Positions 1 through 9,597 of a stretch of 64,000 nt of DNA are shown here, piece after piece; position 1 is the stretch's first letter; every line of letters starts with the position of its first letter. The position numbers and the translations under genes were made by a program. The notes under the pieces were generated by a model that had not been told where the DNA came from, did no database searches, and was given only the letters and a program-made list of their open reading frames with translations. Origin of the DNA: Bacilli bacterium (GTDB taxonomy: Bacteria; Bacillota_I; Bacilli_A; RF39; UBA660); the NCBI GenBank assembly GCA_017434825.1, contig JAFSGC010000020.1:42096-106095 (forward strand), given 5' to 3'.

Positions 1-53
1 CTAATCCTGATATCAACACATGTAGAGCTTATCTCTTAGAAAAAAGTGGGATT

Positions 54-1322
54 ATGGAACTAATTAGAGAGTTCATTTACGAAAGAAGACTTACTCCAGG
101 ATTAGTAGTTTCTTTTGGTACAGAATTAAACAAAGATACTATCATATGTGGTAATAAACAAGAAGTTATTTATAAAGACGGTCAATATATTGAAGATCCA
201 ATTCCAATGACTGAAGACACAATCTTTGATTTAGCATCTACTTCGAAATTATTTACCGCTATATCAATTCTAAAACTATGTGAAGCTGGTCTTATTGATA
301 TGTATGAACCAGTTAGAAAGTATGAACCTAGATTTCAAAACCTCGGAGATATTACAATTTATGATTTACTAACATTTAGTGTTCCAGTAAGTTCTGTAGG
401 TCGTATCGATACTGCTAAGACTAATGTCGAAGCACAACTAAGAGTTTTCTCTTTAACCAAAGAAGAAAATCATGACCCTACTTTCCCATACACTGACATG
501 GGATGTATTGCATTAAAATATGTAATTGAAAGCGTATCTCATATGCCTCTTCGTGAATTTATCCAAGAAGAAATATTAGATAAGTGTCATATGAATTCAA
601 CTTTTCTAAATGTTCCACAGGACTTAATTTCTAAAGTCGCTAACGAAAACTACTCTTCTGTAGTAGATGCATATGGAAATATCATAACAAGATATGATAA
701 CGTTCCAGGAACTGTTCATGATACTAAAACCAATGCTTTAGGTCATAGTTTAGGAATTGCTCCAGGACATGCAGGTTTCTTCTCTACAGCAAAAGATCTA
801 CAAAGTTTAGCAGCCAGTTTAGTTAATTATGATGTTTTAAGCAAAGATAAAACTTTGATGCTTGGTCAAAATGTTGTTGGAGGATTAGTTAAAGATTCCA
901 ATGGCAAGTACGTATTTAATTGTCACCACGGACTATTAACTTATGTTAAACAAGCAGATCCATTCTTCTTATCTACAGTTCAACCATTCTTATCTGGAAA
1001 ATCATTTGCTTGCCCAGGTTTTGCAGGCACTTCACTTTGTGTAGATCCACTTAATAAAGTATCTACTTTTATTGGAGCTAATAGATTACACAATCGTATC
1101 CATTCTGTAAGCGGATTTCAAACAGATAAAATTATCAAACACGACAATGGTTTTAGAGAATATTTAAGTCCTCTTACAGGCGAAAGAAAAATTTATTCTA
1201 AAACATATTCTAAAGACAGCGCTGAAATTACTAAACTAGCTATGAAATTAGCATTACAATACAGACTTTTAGAACAAGTAATAGGACAAACTAAAGAAAA
1301 GAAACTTACTTATCATATATAA
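54..1322 (+). CDS. serine hydrolase, beta-lactamase/PBP-like family
   Basis: 422-aa ORF. SxxK motif (ASTSKLF) near the N-terminus, then YTDMG and PGHAGF motifs as in class C beta-lactamase-type esterases. Hairpin terminator follows. Confidence 0.7.
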   Translation: MELIREFIYERRLTPGLVVSFGTELNKDTIICGNKQEVIYKDGQYIEDPIPMTEDTIFDLASTSKLFTAISILKLCEAGLIDMYEPVRKYEPRFQNLGDITIYDLLTFSVPVSSVGRIDTAKTNVEAQLRVFSLTKEENHDPTFPYTDMGCIALKYVIESVSHMPLREFIQEEILDKCHMNSTFLNVPQDLISKVANENYSSVVDAYGNIITRYDNVPGTVHDTKTNALGHSLGIAPGHAGFFSTAKDLQSLAASLVNYDVLSKDKTLMLGQNVVGGLVKDSNGKYVFNCHHGLLTYVKQADPFFLSTVQPFLSGKSFACPGFAGTSLCVDPLNKVSTFIGANRLHNRIHSVSGFQTDKIIKHDNGFREYLSPLTGERKIYSKTYSKDSAEITKLAMKLALQYRLLEQVIGQTKEKKLTYHI

Positions 1323-1346
1323 TCAGAGACTTATCTCTGATTTTTT
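1323..1346 (+). terminator. rho-independent terminator after the serine hydrolase gene
   Basis: Perfect 7-bp stem tcagaga/tctctga (1323-1329, 1334-1340), 4-nt loop, then TTTTTT. Confidence 0.7.
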
Positions 1347-1353
1347 ATTGTCA

Positions 1354-1384
1354 CAAAAAAACTATTAACAATTAAGTTAATAGT
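1354..1384 (-). terminator. rho-independent terminator after rplT
   Basis: 9-bp stem actattaac/gttaatagt (1361-1369, 1376-1384). On the minus strand a T-run follows (plus-strand A-run 1355-1360). Confidence 0.65.
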
Positions 1385-1399
1385 TTTTGATTTAATAAA

Positions 1400-1939
1400 T
1401 TAATTTAAAGCTGCAATTAATTCATCTTTTTTCATTGATGAATAACCTTTAACACCAGCTTCTTTAGCTAATGCTTTTAATTCAGCAAGTGTTTTAGAAC
1501 TTAAATCTTCTTTTACTTCTTTAGTTTCAGCTTTTTTAGTTTCTTTCTTTTCAGCTTTAACTTCAGCAGGTTTAATAGTTTCACCATTTAATGCTTTTTT
1601 AGCAGTTTCAACTAAAGCAGTGAAAGCTTTAGGATCATCAATAGCTATTTCAGAAAGCATTTTACGGTTGATTTCAATATTAGCTTTAGCAAGACCATTA
1701 ATGAATCTTGAGTAACTAATATCATTCATTCTACAAGCAGCATTAATTCTTGTAATCCATAATTTTCTAAAGTTTCTCTTATTTTGTTTACGATCACGGT
1801 AAGCATATGCTCCACTGTGGAATAATTGTTCTTGAGCAGTCTTATATAATCTATGTTTACTTCCAAAGTAACCTTTAGCTGCTTTTAAAACTTTTCTTCT
1901 TCTGTTTTTTGCAACAGTTCCGCCTTTAACTCTTGTCAT
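1400..1939 (-). CDS. rplT: 50S ribosomal protein L20 with a ~60-aa C-terminal extension (Lys/Glu linker plus Rho_N/SAP-like helix-turn-helix)
   Basis: N-terminal ~118 aa are canonical L20 ([19 protein letters not shown]...[22 protein letters not shown]). The gene sits in infC-rpmI-rplT order. The tail [31 protein letters not shown] resembles the Rho N-terminal domain. Confidence 0.9.
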   Translation of the reverse strand: MTRVKGGTVAKNRRRKVLKAAKGYFGSKHRLYKTAQEQLFHSGAYAYRDRKQNKRNFRKLWITRINAACRMNDISYSRFINGLAKANIEINRKMLSEIAIDDPKAFTALVETAKKALNGETIKPAEVKAEKKETKKAETKEVKEDLSSKTLAELKALAKEAGVKGYSSMKKDELIAALN

Positions 1940-1951
1940 TTTTTACCACCC

Positions 1952-2146
1952 TTATATTACGTTTGAAAGATTAGCTCTTTCTCCCTTAGCTAAAACGCCT
2001 TTATTTCTTCTTTGTCTAACTGCTTTAGCTGTATCCTTTCCAGTTTTGTGATTTCCATTACTCTTCTTATAAGTAATAGTTCCATTTTTCTTTTTGTTTA
2101 ATACTTTACTACTTGCTTTATGAGTTTTTTGTTTGCTCTTTGCCAT
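1952..2146 (-). CDS. rpmI: 50S ribosomal protein L35
   Basis: 64-aa very basic ORF (MAKSKQKTHKASSK...) lying between infC and rplT. Confidence 0.9.
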   Translation of the reverse strand: MAKSKQKTHKASSKVLNKKKNGTITYKKSNGNHKTGKDTAKAVRQRRNKGVLAKGERANLSNVI

Positions 2147-2162
2147 TTTTAATACATCCTTT

Positions 2163-2684
2163 CTATTTTTTAGGCGATAACATCATAAATACTTGACGTC
2201 CTTCGATTTGAGGTTTAGTTTCAATATCTGCACAATCTGATAATGCTTCTGCAAATCTTAAAAGTACATCGCAACCAAGTTCAGGATGCGCAATTTGTCT
2301 ACCTTTAAAACGAATAAAAGCTTTAATCTTATGCCCTTTTTTCAAATAATCTGCAGCATTTTTACGACGAGTTTCAAAATCTCCTACATCAATTGTTACA
2401 GATAAACGATACTCTTTAACTTCCTTACTGTTTTCTCTTTGTTTCTTTTGAGCTTCTTTTAGTTTCTTTTGTTTTTCATAACGATACTTGTTATAGTCCA
2501 TTACCTTTGCAACTGCAGGAACTGAAGTTCCACTCATTAGAACTAAGTCTAATCCAGCATAGTTAGCTAACGTTAATGCATCGCTTAATTTTTTTACACC
2601 TAACTTTTCTCCATTAGGTCCTATTACCATTAATTCTTCCACCTTAATTTGGTTATTGATTGGTAATTCCTCAATCTTTGCTAT
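2163..2684 (-). CDS. infC: translation initiation factor IF-3, probably with a non-AUG (ATA or ATT) start
   Basis: IF-3 N- and C-domain sequence (VIGPNGEKLG..., KEYRLSVTIDVGDFETR...). The tracked ORF starts at GTG 2642, but the frame stays open upstream and encodes IF-3-like residues (ELPINNQIKVEEL). GGAGG at 2694-2698 lies 9 nt before ATA 2682-2684; an ATT is at 2673-2675. Confidence 0.85.
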   Translation of the reverse strand: MAKIEELPINNQIKVEELMVIGPNGEKLGVKKLSDALTLANYAGLDLVLMSGTSVPAVAKVMDYNKYRYEKQKKLKEAQKKQRENSKEVKEYRLSVTIDVGDFETRRKNAADYLKKGHKIKAFIRFKGRQIAHPELGCDVLLRFAEALSDCADIETKPQIEGRQVFMMLSPKK

Positions 2685-2699
2685 AAAAAATCGCCTCCA

Positions 2700-2857
2700 T
2701 ACAATTTAAAAGATGGATATCACTATCCACCTTAAAAAACTTAAAATCATACATTTAGGTTTTTTACCCATTGATATTCTGCTCAATCAGGTGGATATTA
2801 AATCGCTTTCCTTTAAATAACAATCATATTTTACACTATTTAGTTTATGATTGTCAA
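2700..2857 (-). promoter_or_regulatory. infC operon promoter plus leader with mutually exclusive antiterminator/terminator pairings (L20-leader-like attenuator)
   Basis: Minus strand: TTGACA (2852-2857), 18-nt spacer, TAAAAT (2828-2833). In the leader, ATATCCACCT (2789-2798) can pair with AAGGTGGATA. AAGGTGGATA can instead form the local hairpin GGTGGATA-gtga-TATCCATC (2712-2732), which is followed by TTTT. Confidence 0.45.
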
Positions 2858-2874
2858 CATATTTTTTTACTATA

Positions 2875-3927
2875 TTACTTTTCTTTCTTAGTTTCTTCTT
2901 TTTTTGTTTTTTCTACTTCAATTAGTTTAAAACCATAATGTTCTCTAACTTGATTTTCAAGCTCTATTGCTAAATCACGATCTTTTTTAAGAAGCGCACG
3001 AACATTATCTCTTCCTTGGCCAATCTTTTCTCCCTTATAAGAATACCAAGCACCACTCTTATCTATTATATTTAATTCAGCAGCCAAATCAACAACTTCA
3101 CCCTCGCGTGAAATTCCTTCCCCATATAATATATCAACTGACGCAGTCTTAAATGGTGGAGCAACTTTATTCTTAACAACTTTGATATTCATTTTATTTC
3201 CTAAAACTTGATCCCCACTTTTTAGTTGTTCACCTTTACGAACATCTAAACGAATACTTGAATAGAATTTTAATGCTCTTCCTCCAGGAGTAGTTTCTGG
3301 ATTTCCAAACATAATTCCTACTTTCTCTCTTAATTGATTAATAAAGATTGCAGTAGTTTTTGTTTTGTTCATGTTACCAGAAAGTTTTCTTAATGCTTGA
3401 CTCATTAGTCTTGCTTGAAGTCCTACATGAGAATCTCCCATTTCACCATCAATTTCTGCTTGTGGAACTAACGCAGCAACAGAATCGATTACGACAATAT
3501 CCACAGCTTCACTCTTAACTAGTGCATCACATATTTCTAAAGCTTGTTCTCCAGTATCAGGTTGAGACAATAATAACTCGTTAATATTAACGCCTAGATT
3601 CCTGGCATATACAGGATCTAAAGCATGTTCGGCATCAATAAACGCAGCTCTTCCTCCACCTCTTTGAACTTCAGCAATTGCTTGTAATGCTATAGTTGTT
3701 TTACCACTACTTTCAGGCCCAAAGATTTCCACTATTCTTCCCCTTGGATATCCGCCAACACCTAATGCTATATCTAAAGTTAAAGAACCACTACCAGTTG
3801 TATCAATTTCAATATGTTCTTCATCTCCAAGTTTCATTATAGCTCCAGCACCAAATTGCTTTTCGATATCAGCTAACACTTGTTCAAGTGCTTTATCTTT
3901 ATCCTTTGCTTCTTTTGCTACTTTCAT
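2875..3927 (-). CDS. recA: recombinase RecA
   Basis: 350 aa, Walker [10 protein letters not shown], full-length RecA signature blocks ([28 protein letters not shown]). Confidence 0.97.
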   Translation of the reverse strand: MKVAKEAKDKDKALEQVLADIEKQFGAGAIMKLGDEEHIEIDTTGSGSLTLDIALGVGGYPRGRIVEIFGPESSGKTTIALQAIAEVQRGGGRAAFIDAEHALDPVYARNLGVNINELLLSQPDTGEQALEICDALVKSEAVDIVVIDSVAALVPQAEIDGEMGDSHVGLQARLMSQALRKLSGNMNKTKTTAIFINQLREKVGIMFGNPETTPGGRALKFYSSIRLDVRKGEQLKSGDQVLGNKMNIKVVKNKVAPPFKTASVDILYGEGISREGEVVDLAAELNIIDKSGAWYSYKGEKIGQGRDNVRALLKKDRDLAIELENQVREHYGFKLIEVEKTKKEETKKEK

Positions 3928-3960
3928 TTTGTTCTCCTCTTATTTAACTCTGACAAATTT

Positions 3961-4013
3961 ATTTTATCTTATTAAAATTTAAATGTCAATAACAAAACGC
4001 AAATGTTTGTTCG
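3961..4013 (-). promoter_or_regulatory. recA sigma-A-type promoter with an upstream Cheo/LexA-box-like site
   Basis: Minus strand: TTGACA (3984-3989), 17-nt spacer, TAAAAT (3961-3966). CGAACAAACATTTG (4000-4013) matches the Bacillus LexA box CGAACRNRYGTTYC at 12 of 14 positions. Confidence 0.5.
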
Positions 4014-4052
4014 TTGTGTTGTTTTTAAGAAAACAGCCATCTAAAATAGCTG

Positions 4053-4943
4053 TTATTTTCTACGATTTATTGATATTAATTCAATGTCTTCAGTTAATTG
4101 TTTTACTCGTTCGATAATTCTTCTAGCTTTAACTAAATCTTGACTATCTTTTGTAATAGACAAATGTTTTTCTAATTCCTCAATATTTAAATTACTAGTA
4201 AAAAATGTTGTTAAATGATTATTCATTCTGCTTTGAAGAATGGTTCCAAGAATTTCATCTCTACCCCAATCACTAACCTTTTCTGCTCCAATATCATCAA
4301 TAAGTAGAATTTCTACATTCGAGTAATATCTTACTTTACTATCTAAAAGATTAAAATTATCTTTTAATGTTCGAAGTAGTTCAGGAAAATAAACAATTTC
4401 ATAATCAATTTTCTTTTTATCTTTAAGTTCATTTAATAAAGCTGATATTAAAAAAGTTTTTCCGCTTCCAAAAGTTCCATGCAGATATAACCCCTTATTA
4501 GTTTTAGTAATATCATAATTATCATAAAATTTTTTTAGCCATTTAATTAATGTAACCCTACTTTTATCAGTTACATCAATGTCTTTCATTCTTGCTTTTA
4601 AAAGTTCCATATTTGCATCTTTATTTTGCATATCTTCTTCATATTTTTTTAAATACTTACAAGGAATATAATTAAAAGTTACTTTACTACCACCTTTTTG
4701 GGGGTAATATACATATCCCTGAATATGATTTTTACATTTTGCAAGACCTGGGCATTTTTTACAATTATCTAGCTCTGTTAGAGTATCTTCTAATGAAGAC
4801 ATATTTTTTTTAATTTCATCATCAGTTAGTTCAAATGTTTTAACAAGTTTATTAAACTTAGGTTCCATCTTCTTAGATACTACTTTTTCTTCCGCAGATT
4901 TATTTACTCTATTTTTTAAAGTTTCATTAATATTTTCCATCAC
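4053..4943 (-). CDS. dnaI: primosomal helicase loader DnaI
   Basis: Cys-rich N-terminal zinc-binding region (CKKCPGLAKCKN), AAA+ Walker A GTFGSGKTFL, Walker B LLIDDIG. GTG start overlaps the dnaB stop (GTGA). Confidence 0.8.
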   Translation of the reverse strand: MMENINETLKNRVNKSAEEKVVSKKMEPKFNKLVKTFELTDDEIKKNMSSLEDTLTELDNCKKCPGLAKCKNHIQGYVYYPQKGGSKVTFNYIPCKYLKKYEEDMQNKDANMELLKARMKDIDVTDKSRVTLIKWLKKFYDNYDITKTNKGLYLHGTFGSGKTFLISALLNELKDKKKIDYEIVYFPELLRTLKDNFNLLDSKVRYYSNVEILLIDDIGAEKVSDWGRDEILGTILQSRMNNHLTTFFTSNLNIEELEKHLSITKDSQDLVKARRIIERVKQLTEDIELISINRRK

Positions 4944-6208
4944 TTAAACTCCTTTAATAGCTCTTGTAGTTCTTCTGCTTCTTGCTCGCTAACTTCTGTT
5001 TTTTCAATATTCTTATTAAACCACGCTGGTTCTACTGCTTTACTCTTTTCTTTTTCAGTCGCTTTCTTCAAACTTTTCTTATGTTCTTTTTCCGCAAATG
5101 CCATTGCTTCTTCTGCAGTCTTTAAATCAGCTCTTTTCCATTGGGCAGCAACAGCTTCAACATACCCAGTAGTAAGTTTATTATTATTTTTCTTTAAACA
5201 ATAATCAAGAAGTACATTTACTACTGCTGGAGTAAGTTCCAAATCAACCAGTAAAGACTCTACAAGTTTTAAATCTTTCGATGTAGGACTTGCACCTTTA
5301 TTTTTATTTTTTAAATAATCATACGGCGAAACATTTTCAAACATCGCTACAATTTGTCCACGAAGTGAAGTATCTCCCGAAGCTTTCTTTAAAAACTCTG
5401 GTTGTGTACGATAAACAATTGTCGGCAAACTATTCGAAGATAATTGATAATATTTTCTAACTGTATTACGTAACGTTGTCTTATCAATCATTCCAAATTC
5501 ATTAATACTCATTCGAATATATTCAATCATTTTTAAAGTATCTACATCATAAATAAAAGATAAATTATCAATTAATTCTTTCGTCTTCTTATTAAACGCT
5601 TTATCTGATAATGTATCTTTAGGAATGCTACCTGCGATTAAATCATAATCCATTTTACTTGTAAGTTTTATTTCAGCAGCAGCTCTTTCTTTTACATCTT
5701 CAACTTGATTAAAACTTTCTGATTTATATACTTCATCCATATTCTTGGTAATTTCCAAGAACCCAGAATAGTCATATTTTTTCTTTTGATATTGTTTTAA
5801 AATCTTTTCGTATTCTTCAGAACCAATATTATTATATAAAACAACACTTAGGATTGGATGGTTTAAAAATTCCGAAGGATATAATGGTGAATATAGTTCA
5901 TAAATATATACTAGTACATTTTCTTCTTTAACAAAAGACTTTATTAATCCCACAGCCTCTAAAGCCTCTCTTGCTTCTTTAAGATTTTTAGCACTACACT
6001 TAAGTACACTCATTAAATGATGATGCAATAGATATTCACTTTCTTCAGAAAATTTATTTAAGTCTTGCCATAAAACTAAATATAATGAAACAGATAAAGA
6101 TCCAATTATTGGACCGTAAAAATTCATTAAATTTTGTCTATCAACTTCACTTAAAATTGTCTTATTAATTACTTTATATCTATCTGCGGGTAAAATTGAA
6201 TAACTCAT
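4940..6208 (-). CDS. dnaB: replication initiation and membrane attachment protein (Firmicute DnaB/DnaD-domain family)
   Basis: 422 aa immediately upstream of dnaI and translationally coupled to it. DnaD-like C-terminal region (LTPAVVNVLLDYCL...GYVEAVAAQWKR). Ends in TGA. Confidence 0.7.
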   Translation of the reverse strand: MSYSILPADRYKVINKTILSEVDRQNLMNFYGPIIGSLSVSLYLVLWQDLNKFSEESEYLLHHHLMSVLKCSAKNLKEAREALEAVGLIKSFVKEENVLVYIYELYSPLYPSEFLNHPILSVVLYNNIGSEEYEKILKQYQKKKYDYSGFLEITKNMDEVYKSESFNQVEDVKERAAAEIKLTSKMDYDLIAGSIPKDTLSDKAFNKKTKELIDNLSFIYDVDTLKMIEYIRMSINEFGMIDKTTLRNTVRKYYQLSSNSLPTIVYRTQPEFLKKASGDTSLRGQIVAMFENVSPYDYLKNKNKGASPTSKDLKLVESLLVDLELTPAVVNVLLDYCLKKNNNKLTTGYVEAVAAQWKRADLKTAEEAMAFAEKEHKKSLKKATEKEKSKAVEPAWFNKNIEKTEVSEQEAEELQELLKEFK

Positions 6209-6284
6209 GACAATACTCCTAACTTCAAAAATATATTATAAATGTATAATACCATAAAAACAAACAAAAAAGTTATCTTCCAAT

Positions 6285-6311
6285 AAAAAAAGTGTGATTT
6301 TTCAATCACAC
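6285..6311 (-). terminator. rho-independent terminator after greA
   Basis: 8-bp stem gtgtgatt/aatcacac (6292-6299, 6304-6311); a T-run follows on the minus strand. Confidence 0.65.
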
Positions 6312-6318
6312 CTTCAAC

Positions 6319-6804
6319 TTATCTTTTTAATCCTCTTGATTTTTCCACAATTGTTAAAGTAAATTTTCCTTGTGGAGCAACATACTGAACTTGTTCTCCA
6401 ATCATTTTACCATATACAGCAGCTCCAACAGGTGAAGCAGTTGATACTACTAAACCTTGATAATCATCAGGTCTTTCGTTTGCAAGCATAAATTCAAATT
6501 CACGAGGTTCTTCACCATCAATAATAGTTACAGCAGTAATAACATCTCCAATGTTTACCAATTCTGCAGGCATATCAAATTCTTCAACAACTTCAGCTTC
6601 TCTAATATCTCTTTCTTCTTTTTCAATTAAAGACACATAAAGTTGTACTTGTTGTGCAATAATTTCATTTTCTGAGTTATATGCAAACCCTAGTTCATGA
6701 TCGCGAACAGCATCTTGTCCTGAATTTCTAATTGCAGAAATTTGTTTCTTATACTCCTCTATTCTTTTTTGTTTTTTTTCGATTTCACTACGAGTTAGTT
6801 TCAT
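6319..6804 (-). CDS. greA: transcription elongation factor GreA family
   Basis: 161 aa: coiled-coil N-terminus plus a Gre C-terminal domain (STASPVGAAVYGKMIGEQV). Confidence 0.75.
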   Translation of the reverse strand: MKLTRSEIEKKQKRIEEYKKQISAIRNSGQDAVRDHELGFAYNSENEIIAQQVQLYVSLIEKEERDIREAEVVEEFDMPAELVNIGDVITAVTIIDGEEPREFEFMLANERPDDYQGLVVSTASPVGAAVYGKMIGEQVQYVAPQGKFTLTIVEKSRGLKR

Positions 6805-6867
6805 AAAAAATCCTCACTTTCTCCCTTTTTAGTGTCATATTATAGCAAATTTTATCATTTTTGCAAG

Positions 6868-7905
6868 TTAAATTAGCTCTTTAATAAATTCCAAAGCAAT
6901 TGAATTATCATCAATTTTTTTATATTTTCTAATTTCTCTTGCAATGTTATACACATCATAATATGTCTTATTCTCTTTCCGGAAGAGATATTCAATTGAT
7001 TTAATAACTAAATCTTTCTTTGAACATTCTCCAAAAAAGCCATAAGCTAAAGCCAAAGTCTTTTCGCTAACTTTTGATGTTATAAGTTTATAATACAAGT
7101 TTGATTTTCTTTTAAAACAATACTCTTTTCCATCATATCTTTTTAAAACTCTTAAAGTATCATAATAACCCATTTTAATATTATCATTGATTTTATCTTT
7201 ATCTAAAGTAATCATGCTACTTAATTTTCTCGAAGGTTTAATATATATTACTTTCGTCTTATCTTTAACTATCTGACTTATACCAATAGCTTTCAAGTCA
7301 ATTGCATATACCTTTTTATAACCTTTATCTAATAACATATTAACAGGACAATAATTATGAATTCCACCATCAAAGAAATAACTATCATCTTCGAGCTTTT
7401 CTTTCTTAAAGATTGGAAGATAACAACTTGCAATTATATAATTATTTAAACTTCCATTTGGAATATCCTCCACAAAAAGATTAAGGGGTTTTCCATCTTT
7501 TAATCTTAAAGTACTTAATCCAAAATCAACATTACTTTTACGAAGTTTATCTTCAAGATTAAAATCTTCTAAAACTTTTTGTAATCCATCAATACTTATT
7601 CCTTTATTTTTTAATATATCAATTAAATTATCTATTTTAAGTAAAAAATATTCTAAGTCTTTTTGATTCAATTTTTCTTTTTTTACATAATCTTCATCAA
7701 AACCAAGTAACGTTCCAACATCAACATTTTCCCAAAAAGAAAGCAATTCAGATTCCATATGACAAGCTAAAACGGCGCCATTAAAGGCACCGATTGATGT
7801 TCCTGTTATTCCATCAAATTTTATATGACACTTTTTAAAAGCTAAATATGCACCAATTTGATAGCTACCCTTGACCCCACCGCCAGATAAGGTTAATCCA
7901 ACCAT
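6868..7905 (-). CDS. patatin-like phospholipase
   Basis: GGGVKGSYQIG oxyanion motif, GTSIGA (GxSxG) and DGG (FFDGGIHN) catalytic Asp motif. Confidence 0.8.
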   Translation of the reverse strand: MVGLTLSGGGVKGSYQIGAYLAFKKCHIKFDGITGTSIGAFNGAVLACHMESELLSFWENVDVGTLLGFDEDYVKKEKLNQKDLEYFLLKIDNLIDILKNKGISIDGLQKVLEDFNLEDKLRKSNVDFGLSTLRLKDGKPLNLFVEDIPNGSLNNYIIASCYLPIFKKEKLEDDSYFFDGGIHNYCPVNMLLDKGYKKVYAIDLKAIGISQIVKDKTKVIYIKPSRKLSSMITLDKDKINDNIKMGYYDTLRVLKRYDGKEYCFKRKSNLYYKLITSKVSEKTLALAYGFFGECSKKDLVIKSIEYLFRKENKTYYDVYNIAREIRKYKKIDDNSIALEFIKELI

Positions 7906-7909
7906 TTAA

Positions 7910-8839
7910 CTAATCATTCCTTTTTAAAAACCAAATAAATGGTTTTGCTAACACTTTTGAAGCCTTACGATTACGACTTCTTCTTTTTTGTCTCATCAAA
8001 TAACTTTGAAGAGAATCATTACGATAATTTAATATTTCATTCGATTTATCACTATCTAATAAAACCGGACTAGTATAATTTTTGGGAATAAACATAGAGG
8101 TAAGTAAATAATTAAAACTTAATCCATGATATTTTAAAATACTAGTTATTAACTCACGATATGTTGTTCTACAAGTAGAACCTCCACCAATATTAATTAT
8201 CTTTTTATTTAATTCATTTTGTTTATCTATTGCTCTACAAAAAGCATAAGCAGCATCTTCTTTAGTAATAAATTCAATAAAGTCATTTCTTTTTACGTTA
8301 TAAATAAATGGTTCACTTCTTAAATCGCTAAGAACTAAAGGAACTCTTACTATCGTATAATTTTTAAGTTTCTTAACAATTAACTTCTCAGCATTTAATT
8401 TTGCTTCATTAAAATAATCATATTCTCCAATATTAATTTTATTATCAACTTTACCTTCATCTTCTTTGTATAAACTTGTTGATGAAGCATAAACTAAATA
8501 ACACTTTGGATTATAGTAATTGATTGCTCTAACAATATTTTCAGTTCCAGCATACTCAATCATATCTACAAGATCTCTTTTATACTCAGCCATCGGAGGT
8601 AAACATGTTGATAAATGAATAACTATATCATTTTCTTTTACTAAATATTCAACTAAAGAGCGATCTAGAACATCTCCATAAACAATATTTACTCTCTTAC
8701 GATATCTTTTAAGTCTTTTGTATACTTTTTTATTTTTTAAATCTAGTGCTGTAATTTCATACTTTCCTTCTGCTAATAAATATTTAATTAAATTTAATCC
8801 TATAGCACCAGCAGCACCAGTTACAAGTACCTTCTTCAT
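7910..8839 (-). CDS. NAD-dependent epimerase/dehydratase family protein
   Basis: N-terminal Rossmann motif VLVTGAAGAIG; extended-SDR length of 309 aa. Confidence 0.75.
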   Translation of the reverse strand: MKKVLVTGAAGAIGLNLIKYLLAEGKYEITALDLKNKKVYKRLKRYRKRVNIVYGDVLDRSLVEYLVKENDIVIHLSTCLPPMAEYKRDLVDMIEYAGTENIVRAINYYNPKCYLVYASSTSLYKEDEGKVDNKINIGEYDYFNEAKLNAEKLIVKKLKNYTIVRVPLVLSDLRSEPFIYNVKRNDFIEFITKEDAAYAFCRAIDKQNELNKKIINIGGGSTCRTTYRELITSILKYHGLSFNYLLTSMFIPKNYTSPVLLDSDKSNEILNYRNDSLQSYLMRQKRRSRNRKASKVLAKPFIWFLKRND

Positions 8840-8852
8840 ATATCATACCTCT

Positions 8853-9575
8853 TTACAACAAATTAGTAATAATAACTAAAACTATCCCTATAATTATACC
8901 ATATAGCGCATAAATATTTTTTAATGATGTAATTAACTCTTTTAATAGTTCAAAGAAAGTTAAATAAATAAGCATTCCTAAAGTGAAAGCTAAAATATAA
9001 ATTGTCCAAATTTCAGGAACAGTTCCAATTAATAAACTTATAAAACCGCCAACTAAACCAGACAAAGTTAATACTCCAATATACAATTTACGATGTTTCT
9101 CTAAACTACCACCAATTTGAAATCCTAATGGAATATTATGAAGACCAATGGCTAAACACATCAAAAAGCCCGCTTTTAAATCTCCTAATGAAACGTTATA
9201 TAAAGCCATACACTCAATAACATTATGCAATGTTAGAGCAAGAATTGTAATAATACTTATATGTTCTAAATGGTTGTTATGTTCCTTTACATTATCTTTC
9301 TTTTCTTTATGATGATGTTCATGATGAGGAACAAATAAATCCATTATTTTAAGTAATATAAAGCCTAAAATAACACACAATACCACTTGCCAAGAAACAC
9401 TAGCGGCTACCTCGGGTAAAAGATCTAATCCAATTAGATTTATAAGAACAACAAAAGCAAGCGCAATTGCAAGTACGCTAAAGTTCTTTTTATCTTTAAA
9501 AATTTTATTTAGAATAATTCCTAGTAAAAAAAATAATCCCGTAATCAAAGTAAATAATAAACTCATAAAAATCAC
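8853..9575 (-). CDS. ZIP family metal (zinc) transporter
   Basis: Multi-TM protein with a His-rich loop HHEHHHKEKKD and the ZIP signature GLHNIPLGFQIG. Confidence 0.8.
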   Translation of the reverse strand: MIFMSLLFTLITGLFFLLGIILNKIFKDKKNFSVLAIALAFVVLINLIGLDLLPEVAASVSWQVVLCVILGFILLKIMDLFVPHHEHHHKEKKDNVKEHNNHLEHISIITILALTLHNVIECMALYNVSLGDLKAGFLMCLAIGLHNIPLGFQIGGSLEKHRKLYIGVLTLSGLVGGFISLLIGTVPEIWTIYILAFTLGMLIYLTFFELLKELITSLKNIYALYGIIIGIVLVIITNLL

Positions 9576-9597
9576 CGTTTTTATTGTAACACTAAAT

